Shown here piece by piece: positions 38,156 to 47,084 of a DNA stretch of 64,000 nucleotides. Within the stretch, counting starts at the first letter, position 1, and every line of letters starts with the position of its first letter. The stretch is taken from positions 2,336,001-2,400,000 of the forward strand of contig CAXXDV010000001.1 in the NCBI GenBank assembly GCA_963674745.2, given 5' to 3'. Both the position numbers and the translations under genes were made by a program. Source of the DNA: Desulfosudaceae bacterium. Lineage in GTDB: Bacteria > Desulfobacterota > Desulfobacteria > Desulfobacterales > Desulfosudaceae. The notes beneath the pieces were generated by a model that ran no database searches, had not been told where the DNA came from, and saw nothing but the letters and a program-made list of their open reading frames with translations.

Positions 38156-38546
38156 TCAGATCCTGTATTTCTTCACATGATTGTTAACAGAGCAGTCGCT
38201 GGTAACAGACTTAATATGGTTTTTTGAGTATGATACTTGTTGTAATTTGTAAAGGGATTTTATTGGGTTTTTCAAAATTATTTTAAAGCTTTTTATAAAA
38301 ATAAGTTCCAAGTTATTAAACTATTGATAAAACCTGATCACACCCGGGCTGTCAACCTTGAATTTAAGCTTTCATAGAGAATATTGGCGGGGAGGTTGAA
38401 CCGCAAATCAGCAGATTAAGAGTTGACAAGCGAACGCCATTTTTAATAAGTATGTTTTTTTTGAAGCGATCCTTTTATACGGCTCGCAATCACAACGTAT
38501 GCTAAGCTTTTTCAATAATGAACAAGGCTAAAGAAAGGGGCATTCC

Positions 38547-39416
38547 ATGAAAATTCTGCAGTTCTATGAAAACAATCAAAAGCCCGTTATTTCTATGGAA
38601 TTTTTTCCGCCCAAAGATATCGGGGCGTTTGATAAGGCGGTTGATGAACTGGTGTTGTTGAAACCGGATTATGTTACGGTGACCTTTGGTGCCGGTGGGT
38701 CTACCCGGGACGGCTCTTATCAGGCCGTTAAAAAGCTGATCGAAGATAAAAACTTACCGGTCGTCGCCTATATCGCCGGTTATGGCCTGGGGCCGAACGA
38801 CATTACCGATGTGCTGGATAAATATCAGGCCCTGGGCATCGGAACGATTTTTGTGATCCGCGGCGATAAACCCCGGGAAGCGGACTTTACGCCCCATCCG
38901 GACAGCTTTTCGTATGCCTATCAAATGATAAAATTTATCAAGGAAAATTATGATTTTACGCTGGGGTGCGCGGGCTATCCGGAAGGCCACCTGGAGGCCG
39001 AAAGTCCGGAGGCGGATATCGAACACCTGAAATTGAAGGTCGACAGCGGCGCTGAATATATTGTGACCCAGTATTTTTATGACAACAGCATGTATACCGG
39101 TTTTGTGGAAAAATGCCGGGCCACTGGTATTGATGTCCCGATCATCCCGGGCATTATGCCGGTATATTCCATAAAAATGACCAATATGCTGGCCAAACTT
39201 TGTGGCGCAACGATACCCGAAACCATGCGCCAGAAATTGGACAGCCTGACGGATGCGGGCAGTGAGGCCGTTCTAAATTATGGTATTGACCTGGCCACAG
39301 AGCAGTGCCGGGGGCTGGTACCCCAGAACGTGCCGGGGCTGCATTTTTATACCATGGACCGCAGCCGTTCCACCTCTGAGATTATTCGCCGTCTGAAAGC
39401 GGATAAACTTTTTTAG
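38547..39416 (+). CDS. metF: Methylenetetrahydrofolate reductase
   Basis: SMEFFPPK, VTFGAGGSTR, RGD, AGYPEGH, VTQYFYD, PIIPGIMP, GLHFYTMDR. Confidence 0.95.
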   Translation: MKILQFYENNQKPVISMEFFPPKDIGAFDKAVDELVLLKPDYVTVTFGAGGSTRDGSYQAVKKLIEDKNLPVVAYIAGYGLGPNDITDVLDKYQALGIGTIFVIRGDKPREADFTPHPDSFSYAYQMIKFIKENYDFTLGCAGYPEGHLEAESPEADIEHLKLKVDSGAEYIVTQYFYDNSMYTGFVEKCRATGIDVPIIPGIMPVYSIKMTNMLAKLCGATIPETMRQKLDSLTDAGSEAVLNYGIDLATEQCRGLVPQNVPGLHFYTMDRSRSTSEIIRRLKADKLF

Positions 39417-39467
39417 AGATACCCGAATAAATTTAGGCGGAATAGATTTAGCCCGGATATTTCATGC

Positions 39468-39576
39468 GTAGGGTACCCTCTGTGGGTGCCCATCACCGGG
39501 CAGGCACGGGGGCCTGCCCCTACAATATTCATGAACGCCTCCCACGACCCGTTGGGGCACCCCCCTGTGGGTGCCC
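39468..39576. repeat. Cluster of GTAG-type REP-like hairpins (a doublet plus one copy)
   Basis: GTAG-GGTACCC-TCTGT-GGGTGCCC ... GGGCAGGC-ACGGGG-GCCTGCCC-CTAC (39468-39523) and GTTG-GGGCACCC-CCCTGT-GGGTGCCC (39551-39576). Confidence 0.75.
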
Positions 39577-39621
39577 TTCGTCGGGTAACCAGGGGCGTCC
39601 CTGCTTTGAGCGGTATTTGCT

Positions 39622-40446
39622 TTACGGGGCCAGCCATTCCCCCGGTCGGTAATCGTCTTTAACCGCTTTAAGCCGGTCTTTTAGGGTTTCGTATTCCATT
39701 TTTTTGCCCAGCAGCCATTCCATATGTTTCATCTGACCTTCTTCGGTAAATTCCGGATCGAAATAGTAGAAGTCCAGTGACGGGCCGTTCTGACGGGCCC
39801 GTGACTTACAGACGGCGCATTCCAGCCCGCCGTCGGAGTGGGGCCGGAACAGGTCGGAAAGGCATCGCGGGCACTGTTGGCCGGTGACCGGTTTATCCGT
39901 ATCGGGTGTCGTCAGTGAACGGGCAACGTCTCTGACCCGGGCGTTGAAAGCCTCATCCAGCGCCGCTTCCCCGGGATGGGTGCCCAGAAAACTTTCCACC
40001 CGGACAATGTTCAGGCCCAGCGATGCGGTCTGGACACACAGGGCTGTCTGGGCAATACCGTTATATTTTTTCAGGCCAAGGGTCAGGATAACGGCGGTCG
40101 GGACCTGTTTAAAGAAATGAAAGTAGTGCGCCACCTGTAACACCCGGTCGGAAATCATTTTTACAACACCAACCGGCCCCAGGGCGTAATTCGGGGCCGC
40201 CATGATGACCGCATCGGCCTTTTTAATCTCTTCCAGAAGCCAGACCACGTCGTCCCGGATCATGCATTCCTTGTCCGGTATGAGGCAGGCGTAGCATCCC
40301 CGGCAGGGCGCGATATCCAGTTTGGGCAACCGGATCAATGACAGTTCCCAGTCATCGCCCATCCGGCGGGCAATGGCCTTGGTGGTGATTTCCGAGTTGC
40401 CCAGTTTTCGATAGGACGCAATCAACCCTAGTACTTTCTTCCCCAT
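39622..40446 (-). CDS. Iron-sulfur flavoprotein / NAD(P)H-dependent FMN reductase family protein with C-terminal Cys pairs
   Basis: SYRKLGNS, PCRGCYAC...C.I.DD, APNY, and C-terminal CPRC...CAVC. Confidence 0.85.
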   Translation of the reverse strand: MGKKVLGLIASYRKLGNSEITTKAIARRMGDDWELSLIRLPKLDIAPCRGCYACLIPDKECMIRDDVVWLLEEIKKADAVIMAAPNYALGPVGVVKMISDRVLQVAHYFHFFKQVPTAVILTLGLKKYNGIAQTALCVQTASLGLNIVRVESFLGTHPGEAALDEAFNARVRDVARSLTTPDTDKPVTGQQCPRCLSDLFRPHSDGGLECAVCKSRARQNGPSLDFYYFDPEFTEEGQMKHMEWLLGKKMEYETLKDRLKAVKDDYRPGEWLAP

Positions 40447-40479
40447 TTGTCATGCTCCTCTGTTTTAGGCTTTTAGTGG

Positions 40480-40655
40480 TTAGGTGATTATGTGTTTAAG
40501 TGGTTAAGTGGGCCGGGTTTTTGAAAAGGTTTTCCCATAAAAATCTAACCACTTCTTCTTCCAGCCCCTGCTTTGTCAAACCTATGCTCTGCTTTTGTTG
40601 CCTGCCCGCCGACAACCGCCTAATCACTTAACCACTTAAACACATAATCACCTAA
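40480..40655. repeat. Perfect 31-bp inverted repeat built from CACNTAAN octamers
   Basis: 40480-40510 is the exact reverse complement of 40625-40655. A further octamer array lies at ~40758-40790. Confidence 0.9.
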
Positions 40656-40674
40656 AGCGCTAAAACTTTTTAAA

Positions 40675-40711
40675 CCCCTTGAACCCTCGACCCCTTGATT
40701 CCTTGAATCCT
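40675..40711. repeat. CCCTTGAA/CCCTCGAC-type tandem array
   Basis: Same motif family as 11245-11296. Confidence 0.75.
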
Positions 40712-40797
40712 CCAAACACATTGACGATCTTGGCTTGTTCGGATAGTATGAAATGCCCTTAACCACTTAATCACTTAACCACATAAGCACTGTTTTT

Positions 40798-42387
40798 ATG
40801 AGCGAAAAAAGCAAAGTCGTCCGGGCCACCGGTGTTATCGGCGGGGCCACATTATTGAGCCGTATTTTCGGTTATGTCCGGGACATGGTGCTGGCGGCCT
40901 TTCTCGGCGCCGGCATGGTGTCGGACGCCTTTTTTGTCGCTTTTACGATTCCCAATCTGTTGCGGCGCCTGTTCGCCGAAGGGGCGCTGACCATCGCTTT
41001 TATACCGGTCTTTACCGAGTACCTCGAAAATCGCGGCCGGCAGGAAGCCTTTGCCATGGCCCGGTCGGCCCTGCGCCTGTTGACAGTGATCATGCTGACG
41101 GTAACATTGGCCGGCATCCTGCTTTCCCCGGCGATCGTTCACATCGTCGGCCTGGGCTGGGTGAAGGATCAGCCGGACAAGGTCGCCCTGACCATCACCT
41201 TGACCCGCATCATGTTCCCTTATGTGCTGTTTGTCTGCCTGGTGGCATTGTGCATGGGCATTTTAAACGCTCTGGGGCATTTTGCGGCACCGGCCTTGTC
41301 TCCGGTTCTGCTGAATATTACCATGATCGTCGCCCTGGTCGGTGTGGCAGTGTTGTCCGAGGACAATCTGCTGCGGGTTAAAGTGTTGGCCTGGGGCGTG
41401 GTGGCCGGCGGCTTCATGCAATTACTGCTGCAGGTACCCTTTCTGATCAAAACGGGTCTGCGGTTCTGGGAAAAAGCATCGTTTTATCATCCGGGCCTGA
41501 ATAAAGTCGCCCTCCTGATGCTGCCGGCCGTGTTCGGGGCGGCGGTTTACCAGGTCAATATTATTGTCGGCCGAATGCTGGCCACCATGTTGCCGGAGGG
41601 GAGCGTAAGCTATCTGTATTATGCCGACCGACTGGTTCAGTTCCCGCTGGGCGTTTTTGCCATATCCGGGGCCATGGCGGTATTGCCCAGTCTTTCCCGG
41701 CAGGCCGCCAACCGGGATTATGAAGCCGTAATTGACACCTTCGGTTATGCCATGAAACTGACTTTTTTCATAACCCTGCCGGCCATGACCGGATTGATTG
41801 TGCTGCGTGAACCAATTGTGGCGCTTCTGTTTAAGCGGGGACAGTTTGACCTTGAGGCGGTGCGCATGACGGCCCAGGCCCTGATGCTTTACGCCGCAGG
41901 CCTGTGGGCGGTTTCCGCCGTCCGCATCGTGGTCTCGGTATTTTACGCGCTGTCGGATACAAAAACACCGGTTCGCGTGGCCGTTATTTCGACGCTGGCC
42001 AATATGGTTTTCAGCCTGGCCCTGATGGGGCCGTTGTCTCATGGTGGACTGGCACTGGCTACGTCGCTGGCCGCCTTTCTGAATTTCGCTTTGCTGATGC
42101 TGGCGCTCAGGAAAAAGCTGGGATCACTCGGACTGATGTCACTGCTGGCCGCTGTTTTACGATCTGGCTTGTGTTCCCTCCTGATGGGGCTGGTCGTGTG
42201 GCAGACCGCGGCTCACGTGATTGCCGTTGACGCGGGTCTTGTCGGGCTGCTGCTGGGTATCCTGGGAAGTATCTGCGTGGGGGTTGCCTGCTATGTTTTT
42301 TTTGCGTATATTGTCAAAAGTGATGAGTTGGATGGTTTGCTGACGATTTTCAAAAGGAAACGTGTTCCGAATGAAAACCAGTCATAA
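40798..42387 (+). CDS. murJ: Lipid II flippase MurJ (MviN)
   Basis: TLLSRIFGYVRD, PNLLRRLFAEGA, RIMFPY, YADRLVQFPLG, HGGLALATS. Confidence 0.96.
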   Translation: MSEKSKVVRATGVIGGATLLSRIFGYVRDMVLAAFLGAGMVSDAFFVAFTIPNLLRRLFAEGALTIAFIPVFTEYLENRGRQEAFAMARSALRLLTVIMLTVTLAGILLSPAIVHIVGLGWVKDQPDKVALTITLTRIMFPYVLFVCLVALCMGILNALGHFAAPALSPVLLNITMIVALVGVAVLSEDNLLRVKVLAWGVVAGGFMQLLLQVPFLIKTGLRFWEKASFYHPGLNKVALLMLPAVFGAAVYQVNIIVGRMLATMLPEGSVSYLYYADRLVQFPLGVFAISGAMAVLPSLSRQAANRDYEAVIDTFGYAMKLTFFITLPAMTGLIVLREPIVALLFKRGQFDLEAVRMTAQALMLYAAGLWAVSAVRIVVSVFYALSDTKTPVRVAVISTLANMVFSLALMGPLSHGGLALATSLAAFLNFALLMLALRKKLGSLGLMSLLAAVLRSGLCSLLMGLVVWQTAAHVIAVDAGLVGLLLGILGSICVGVACYVFFAYIVKSDELDGLLTIFKRKRVPNENQS

Positions 42388-42667
42388 ATTTGCGCTTGCC
42401 GTTGTCGGCCTGGTGATGATCGGTCTGGTCGGTTTGATCCTGTTCGGGCAGAACGGATACAGGGATTATCTTCATTTAAAAGAGCAGAAAGACATGCTGA
42501 CCATGAAAAACAGAACGGCTGAAGAGGCAAATCGTCTGCTTCGCCAACGGGTAGAGCGATTGCGGGACGATGATAAATATATCGAGTACATCGCCAGAAA
42601 GGAACTGGGCATGATTGCCGGCGATGAGGTTGTTTATAAATTTAAGCAACGGGAGGCAACGCCATGA
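42371..42667 (+). CDS. ftsB: Septum formation initiator FtsB/DivIC family
   Basis: N-terminal TM segment, FGQNG, coiled coil, YIEYIARKELGMI..DE. Confidence 0.88.
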   Translation: MKTSHKFALAVVGLVMIGLVGLILFGQNGYRDYLHLKEQKDMLTMKNRTAEEANRLLRQRVERLRDDDKYIEYIARKELGMIAGDEVVYKFKQREATP

Positions 42668-43308
42668 AGAATAATGCCATTTTTTATACGGCTTCAATGG
42701 CCAGGCTTTGTGCTGATCAGGGGTATTTTGATAAAAGTCTGGAAATTTATCGTTGCTTGCTGGAAACAGATCCGGCTAACGATGCCTTGCGTTCGGCCTT
42801 GAACACGGTTGAACAGGTCAAGGCGGCCGCTGTCGATTTTGCCACGGCAGAAGATGAAGCACCGGTGATTATTGTCGGTGAAGAGGCTGATGAGGAAGAG
42901 ACGATAGCAGATGCGATTAAAGCGATCAGCGGGGCAGAGAAAGAAAGCGTCGAAATGCCGAAGGCGGCAGCGACTGATCCCGGCGCCATAGAGGATGTGC
43001 CTGCTGTTACCGAAACAGTTGTGGCGACAAAGGCAGAAACAGCAGGGGCTGCTGAAGAGACTCCCGATGAAATGATAGAACAGCCGGAAGCTGTTGCCGA
43101 GATCACCGAAGCAGAGGACGCCCCTCCGGTGGTATCGGCAGAAAAGCATGCTGTTGATAAAGAGACCGCTGCAACTGAGGCTGGCGCCCAGGGCGGCCTC
43201 GAACCGGTGATTAAAAAGTGGGTGGAGTTGATGATTGAACATGACCTGAAGGCCAAATTTGATAAAATCCGTAAGGCCGTTACATATTTACAGCCACCCA
43301 CCGTTTAG
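42664..43308 (+). CDS. Hypothetical protein: TPR-like N-terminus, acidic Ala/Glu-rich linker, C-terminal helix
   Basis: FYTASMARLCADQGYFDKSLEIY...P is TPR-like. ATGA overlap with ftsB. Confidence 0.7.
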   Translation: MKNNAIFYTASMARLCADQGYFDKSLEIYRCLLETDPANDALRSALNTVEQVKAAAVDFATAEDEAPVIIVGEEADEEETIADAIKAISGAEKESVEMPKAAATDPGAIEDVPAVTETVVATKAETAGAAEETPDEMIEQPEAVAEITEAEDAPPVVSAEKHAVDKETAATEAGAQGGLEPVIKKWVELMIEHDLKAKFDKIRKAVTYLQPPTV

Positions 43309-43377
43309 GATCAAACCCATTGGGGCTGGTGCCCGGCTTTTTCGAAGCAGGCCCTGGTTCCAACGGAAATATTCAAT

Positions 43378-43884
43378 ATGCACTTTTACCAGATGATTAA
43401 AGAGGCGGCTATCTTGTCGGTGGCCGCCGTATTATTGGCCCTGGTGGTCAATTTTCTGTCTCCGGTCGGGATCCCGCTTGACCGCTACTATAAACCGCCG
43501 GTAGATCCGTCGTTTTCCGCAGACCCGTCGCTTCCAGTGGTATCGTCACCGTTTAAAATCATGAGTGTGTCGGAGGTGAAGCAGATGGTTGATTCTGGAG
43601 AAGGGGTTCTTGTGGACGCCCGTCCGGTCAAGCAATATAGAGCAGGCCATATCCCCGGCGCCTGCCCCCTTCCGTTATATCAGATGGATGAGTATCTGGA
43701 TTCGTTTTTTTCCGCGGTTTCATCCCTTGTCCCGATTGCGACATACTGCTCATCATTGACCTGTGAAGACAGCTACCTGCTGGCTAAAGAGCTGGCCGAC
43801 ATGGGGTACGAAGATATCAGGATCTTTGCCGGGGGCATGGCTGCCTGGGAGGAAAAGGGGTATAATATTGTCGTTCCGAAATAA
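43378..43884 (+). CDS. Membrane-anchored rhodanese-like domain protein
   Basis: VDAR, GHIPGA, YCSSLTC, GGMAAW. Confidence 0.88.
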   Translation: MHFYQMIKEAAILSVAAVLLALVVNFLSPVGIPLDRYYKPPVDPSFSADPSLPVVSSPFKIMSVSEVKQMVDSGEGVLVDARPVKQYRAGHIPGACPLPLYQMDEYLDSFFSAVSSLVPIATYCSSLTCEDSYLLAKELADMGYEDIRIFAGGMAAWEEKGYNIVVPK

Positions 43885-44338
43885 CGAAACGAAGACCGCT
43901 TTAAATGTTGAAAGACTGGCCCGCTGGCTGCTGGGAGGGCTTTTTGTTTATGCCAGTTTTCACAAAATCGCCGATCCCGATCAGTTCGCACGGATTATCA
44001 ACGGCTATAAGCTTTTCCCCCTGATGGCCATTCATCCCATAACGGTGATTTGTCCGTTTTTTGAACTGGTCTGTGGTATGGCGCTGATCCTGGGCGTCTA
44101 CCCCCGTGGTGCGGTACTGGTTATCAACATGATGCTGTTGCTTTTTATTGTTGCAATTTCGATTAATCTCGTCCGTGGGCACGAGTTTATATGCGGCTGT
44201 TTTTCTTTCGCACATCAAACCGGTCGTACCGCTGCTATTCTTCTGCTCGTTCGGGATACCTTTTCTCTGGTCATCGGGTTATACATCCTGTTGAGCAGGC
44301 TGTTGGAGCCCGATCGATTTGTAAAGCATTCTTCTTAG
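43868..44338 (+). CDS. MauE/DoxX family redox-associated membrane protein
   Basis: RWLLGGLFVYASFHKIADP, PFFELVCG, CGCF, RD. TTG start at 43868 assumed. Confidence 0.85.
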   Translation: MSFRNNETKTALNVERLARWLLGGLFVYASFHKIADPDQFARIINGYKLFPLMAIHPITVICPFFELVCGMALILGVYPRGAVLVINMMLLLFIVAISINLVRGHEFICGCFSFAHQTGRTAAILLLVRDTFSLVIGLYILLSRLLEPDRFVKHSS

Positions 44339-44499
44339 CCCGTATATTCCTGGGTTTTGGTGATCATCATATGTTTCTGCAGGGCCGGTTAAAAAAACGG
44401 CGGGAATTGTTAGTAATAAGCTGTTTTTATAATTATATTCATCTTATTCGGAAAATTTAGAAATATCCGGCCGGGACAATAAAAAACTTGGAAAAGGGG

Positions 44500-44545
44500 T
44501 TGACAAGGATTTTATTCGATGCAATATTGAACTGACATGTCAGTT
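44500..44545 (+). promoter_or_regulatory. sigma70-like promoter with a perfect 16-bp palindromic operator
   Basis: TTGACA at 44500-44505. AACTGACATGTCAGTT at 44530-44545 overlaps the expected +1. Confidence 0.7.
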
Positions 44546-44611
44546 TTTTTGATTGGGAAAGTTCAGCCTTTCAAAAAATTTATCTAATACAGCTTATTCA
44601 GGAGGCGGCGT

Positions 44612-45706
44612 ATGCTTAATTTCGCAATGTCAAAACAGCAGGAGATGGTCAAAAAGGAGGTCGCAAAACTCGTTAAAAGTATAGTGGCCGAAAATGCCCA
44701 TGATATGGATGAAAGCGGCACCATACCCGGGGATTCAATTCAAAAAGCCTGGGAACTGGGATTCTCCGTCAATTCAGTACCGGAAGCGGTGGGTGGTTTC
44801 GGGATGGATGATTCCCCCCTGGAAAGCACGATCGTTTTAGAGGAACTGGCCTACGGTGACATGGCCTTTACCGTTGCCGTAACGGCACCGTCACTTTTTA
44901 TCTCGCCGTTGGCCAAAATGGGTACGGAAGACCAGAAAAAGAAGTACCTGCCGATGGTATGCAAGGATGATTTCGCACCCTGCACCCTGGCGCTCAACGA
45001 ACCCAGCTTTGCATTTGACGCGGTCTCTCTTAAGACAACCGCCGAAAAGAAAGGCAGTGCTTACATCTTAAACGGGACCAAATGTTTTGTTCCGCTGGCG
45101 TCCACGGCTTCGCATATCATGGTCGCTGCTGCCGCGGACGGAAAAAACGAGTTGTTTATCGTGGATGCCAAGAACCCGGGTGTGAAAATCGGTGAAAGGG
45201 AAAAAACCCTCGGGTTATATGCGTTGGAAATGAATCAGGTGGTTCTTGAAAACTGTGAAGTTCCGGCCGAAGATAAACTGGGCGGTGAAGAAGGTTGTGA
45301 TTACGGCCTGCTGCTTCAGCGGTCACGGGTCGCCATGTCGGCCATGGCAACAGGTGTGGCCAATGCGTCTTACGAGTTTGCCAGAGAATATGCCAAAACA
45401 AGAGAACAGTTCGGCGAGCCCATCTGCTATCGCCAATCCATCGCTTTCATGCTGGCCGAAATGGCCTACGAAGTGGATGCTTTACGCTTGATGACCTGGA
45501 AGGCGGCGTCAAAGCTGGAAGCCGGCAAAGATGGGACCCGGGAAGCATATCTGGCTAAATTGTACGCCGGTGAAATGGCCATGAAGATCGCCGATTACGG
45601 TGTTCAGATCCTGGGCGGTCACGGCTATATCCGGGAATATCCGGTTGAGCGGTATTATCGCAATGCCAGGAGCTTCAGCACGGTTGAGGCGCTTTCTTGC
45701 ATTTAA
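44612..45706 (+). CDS. Acyl-CoA dehydrogenase (FadE24-like, C-terminally short subunit)
   Basis: LEELAYGD, LNEP, LNGTKCFV, REQFGEPI, QILGGHGYIREYPVERYYRNAR. Confidence 0.9.
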   Translation: MLNFAMSKQQEMVKKEVAKLVKSIVAENAHDMDESGTIPGDSIQKAWELGFSVNSVPEAVGGFGMDDSPLESTIVLEELAYGDMAFTVAVTAPSLFISPLAKMGTEDQKKKYLPMVCKDDFAPCTLALNEPSFAFDAVSLKTTAEKKGSAYILNGTKCFVPLASTASHIMVAAAADGKNELFIVDAKNPGVKIGEREKTLGLYALEMNQVVLENCEVPAEDKLGGEEGCDYGLLLQRSRVAMSAMATGVANASYEFAREYAKTREQFGEPICYRQSIAFMLAEMAYEVDALRLMTWKAASKLEAGKDGTREAYLAKLYAGEMAMKIADYGVQILGGHGYIREYPVERYYRNARSFSTVEALSCI

Positions 45707-45774
45707 TCTCGTTTTTGTATTGTTTACAGACTAATTGACCAAAGACATGACATATATATTTTAAGGAGAGACCA

Positions 45775-46971
45775 ATGTTAGATCTCGAATTCTCAGAAAA
45801 ACTTGAAAAAGTGGCTACCAGCATGAGAGGGTTCGCCATGGGTTTGCTGCGACCCGTCGCACGGAAATATGATGAAGCCGAGCACGAGTACCCCAAAGAA
45901 CTGGATGTATTAAGGGGTATGGGCGGTGCTATGGGCGGTGGTAAGAAAAAGAAAAAAGACGGTGAGCCGGAAAAGAAAAAAGAGGCCTCGGACACAACCA
46001 GCAATATTTCCATTATCGTTACCGTCGAGCAGATGTGTTACGGTGACACGGGACTGATGTTGACCATTCCCGGCCAGGGGCTGGGCAACGCGGCCATCGC
46101 GGCTGTGGCAACGCCTGAGCAAATGGAGAAATACGGTGACATGTGGGCGGCCATGGCCATTACCGAGCCTGCTTCCGGATCAGACTCAGGTTCTATTCAA
46201 ACCACTGCCGAACTGGATGGTGATGAATGGGTTTTGAACGGCGAGAAAATTTTTGTCACCTGCGCCGACCGGTGTGACTGTGTTGTTGTATGGGCCAACA
46301 TTGATAAAGAAGCGGGCAAGGCCGGTATCAAGTCATTTATCGTGGAGAAGGGTACGCCCGGTTTCAAGCTTGAACACCTGGAGCATAAACTCGGTATCCG
46401 CGCTTCTGATACAGGTACTTTTGTACTGAATAACTGCCGTATCCCCAAGGAAAATCTTCTGGGCAGCGCTGAAATCAAGAAGGGCGGTGAAGGCTTCAAG
46501 GGCGTCATGAAGACGTTTGATAATACCCGTCCCATGGTGGCGGCCATGTCCAACGGCGTGGCTGCTGCGGCCATTGATTTTACCCGGGAAAAGATGGAAG
46601 AAGCCGGCTATAAAATTGATTATGGTAAGAATCCAAACAATTTAAGCAGCTTGGAAAAAGAGTTTTACTGGATGGAAGCAAACCTCGAGGCCATGCGTCT
46701 GCTGACGTTGCGGGCGGCCTGGATGGCGGATAATAAAATGTTCAACAACCTGGAAGCCTCCATGTCCAAGGCCAAAGCCGGTCGCTACGGCACCCTGATA
46801 ACCCAGAAATGTTGTGACCTCCTCGGCCCTCTGGGCTTTTCCCGGGAGCATCTGGCGGAAAAATGGATGCGTGACAGTAAAATTCTGGACATTTTTGAAG
46901 GAACCGGTCAGATCCAGCATTTGATTGTGGCCAGAAACATCTTGAATTTGTCAAGAAAAGAGCTTAAGTAA
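45775..46971 (+). CDS. Acyl-CoA dehydrogenase (FadE23-like)
   Basis: RPVARKYD..EH.YP.ELD, GLGNAAI, AMAITEP.SGSD, TFDNTRP, RDSKILDIFEGT.QIQ, C-terminal ELK. Confidence 0.93.
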   Translation: MLDLEFSEKLEKVATSMRGFAMGLLRPVARKYDEAEHEYPKELDVLRGMGGAMGGGKKKKKDGEPEKKKEASDTTSNISIIVTVEQMCYGDTGLMLTIPGQGLGNAAIAAVATPEQMEKYGDMWAAMAITEPASGSDSGSIQTTAELDGDEWVLNGEKIFVTCADRCDCVVVWANIDKEAGKAGIKSFIVEKGTPGFKLEHLEHKLGIRASDTGTFVLNNCRIPKENLLGSAEIKKGGEGFKGVMKTFDNTRPMVAAMSNGVAAAAIDFTREKMEEAGYKIDYGKNPNNLSSLEKEFYWMEANLEAMRLLTLRAAWMADNKMFNNLEASMSKAKAGRYGTLITQKCCDLLGPLGFSREHLAEKWMRDSKILDIFEGTGQIQHLIVARNILNLSRKELK

Positions 46972-47084
46972 TCTGACAGTATCAATTTTCGATTTTTGAT
47001 AAAGGTGTTTTTGTTCTAAGAGAGCCATAATCGTGAATTTATCAGTTGATGAATTCGGAAAAAGACTAAATAAGGAGGTCGGTA

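Noticed and set aside
38430..38546. SAM or THF riboswitch upstream of metF
   Set aside because: The leader is short and AT-rich, and no SAM-I core (ATC.AGAG...GGCAACC) or THF aptamer is recognisable by eye. An Rfam scan would be decisive.
40461..40790. Repeat arrays here and at 11123-11296 as CRISPR
   Set aside because: The units are contiguous 8-mers with no unique spacers, and there are no cas genes in the window.
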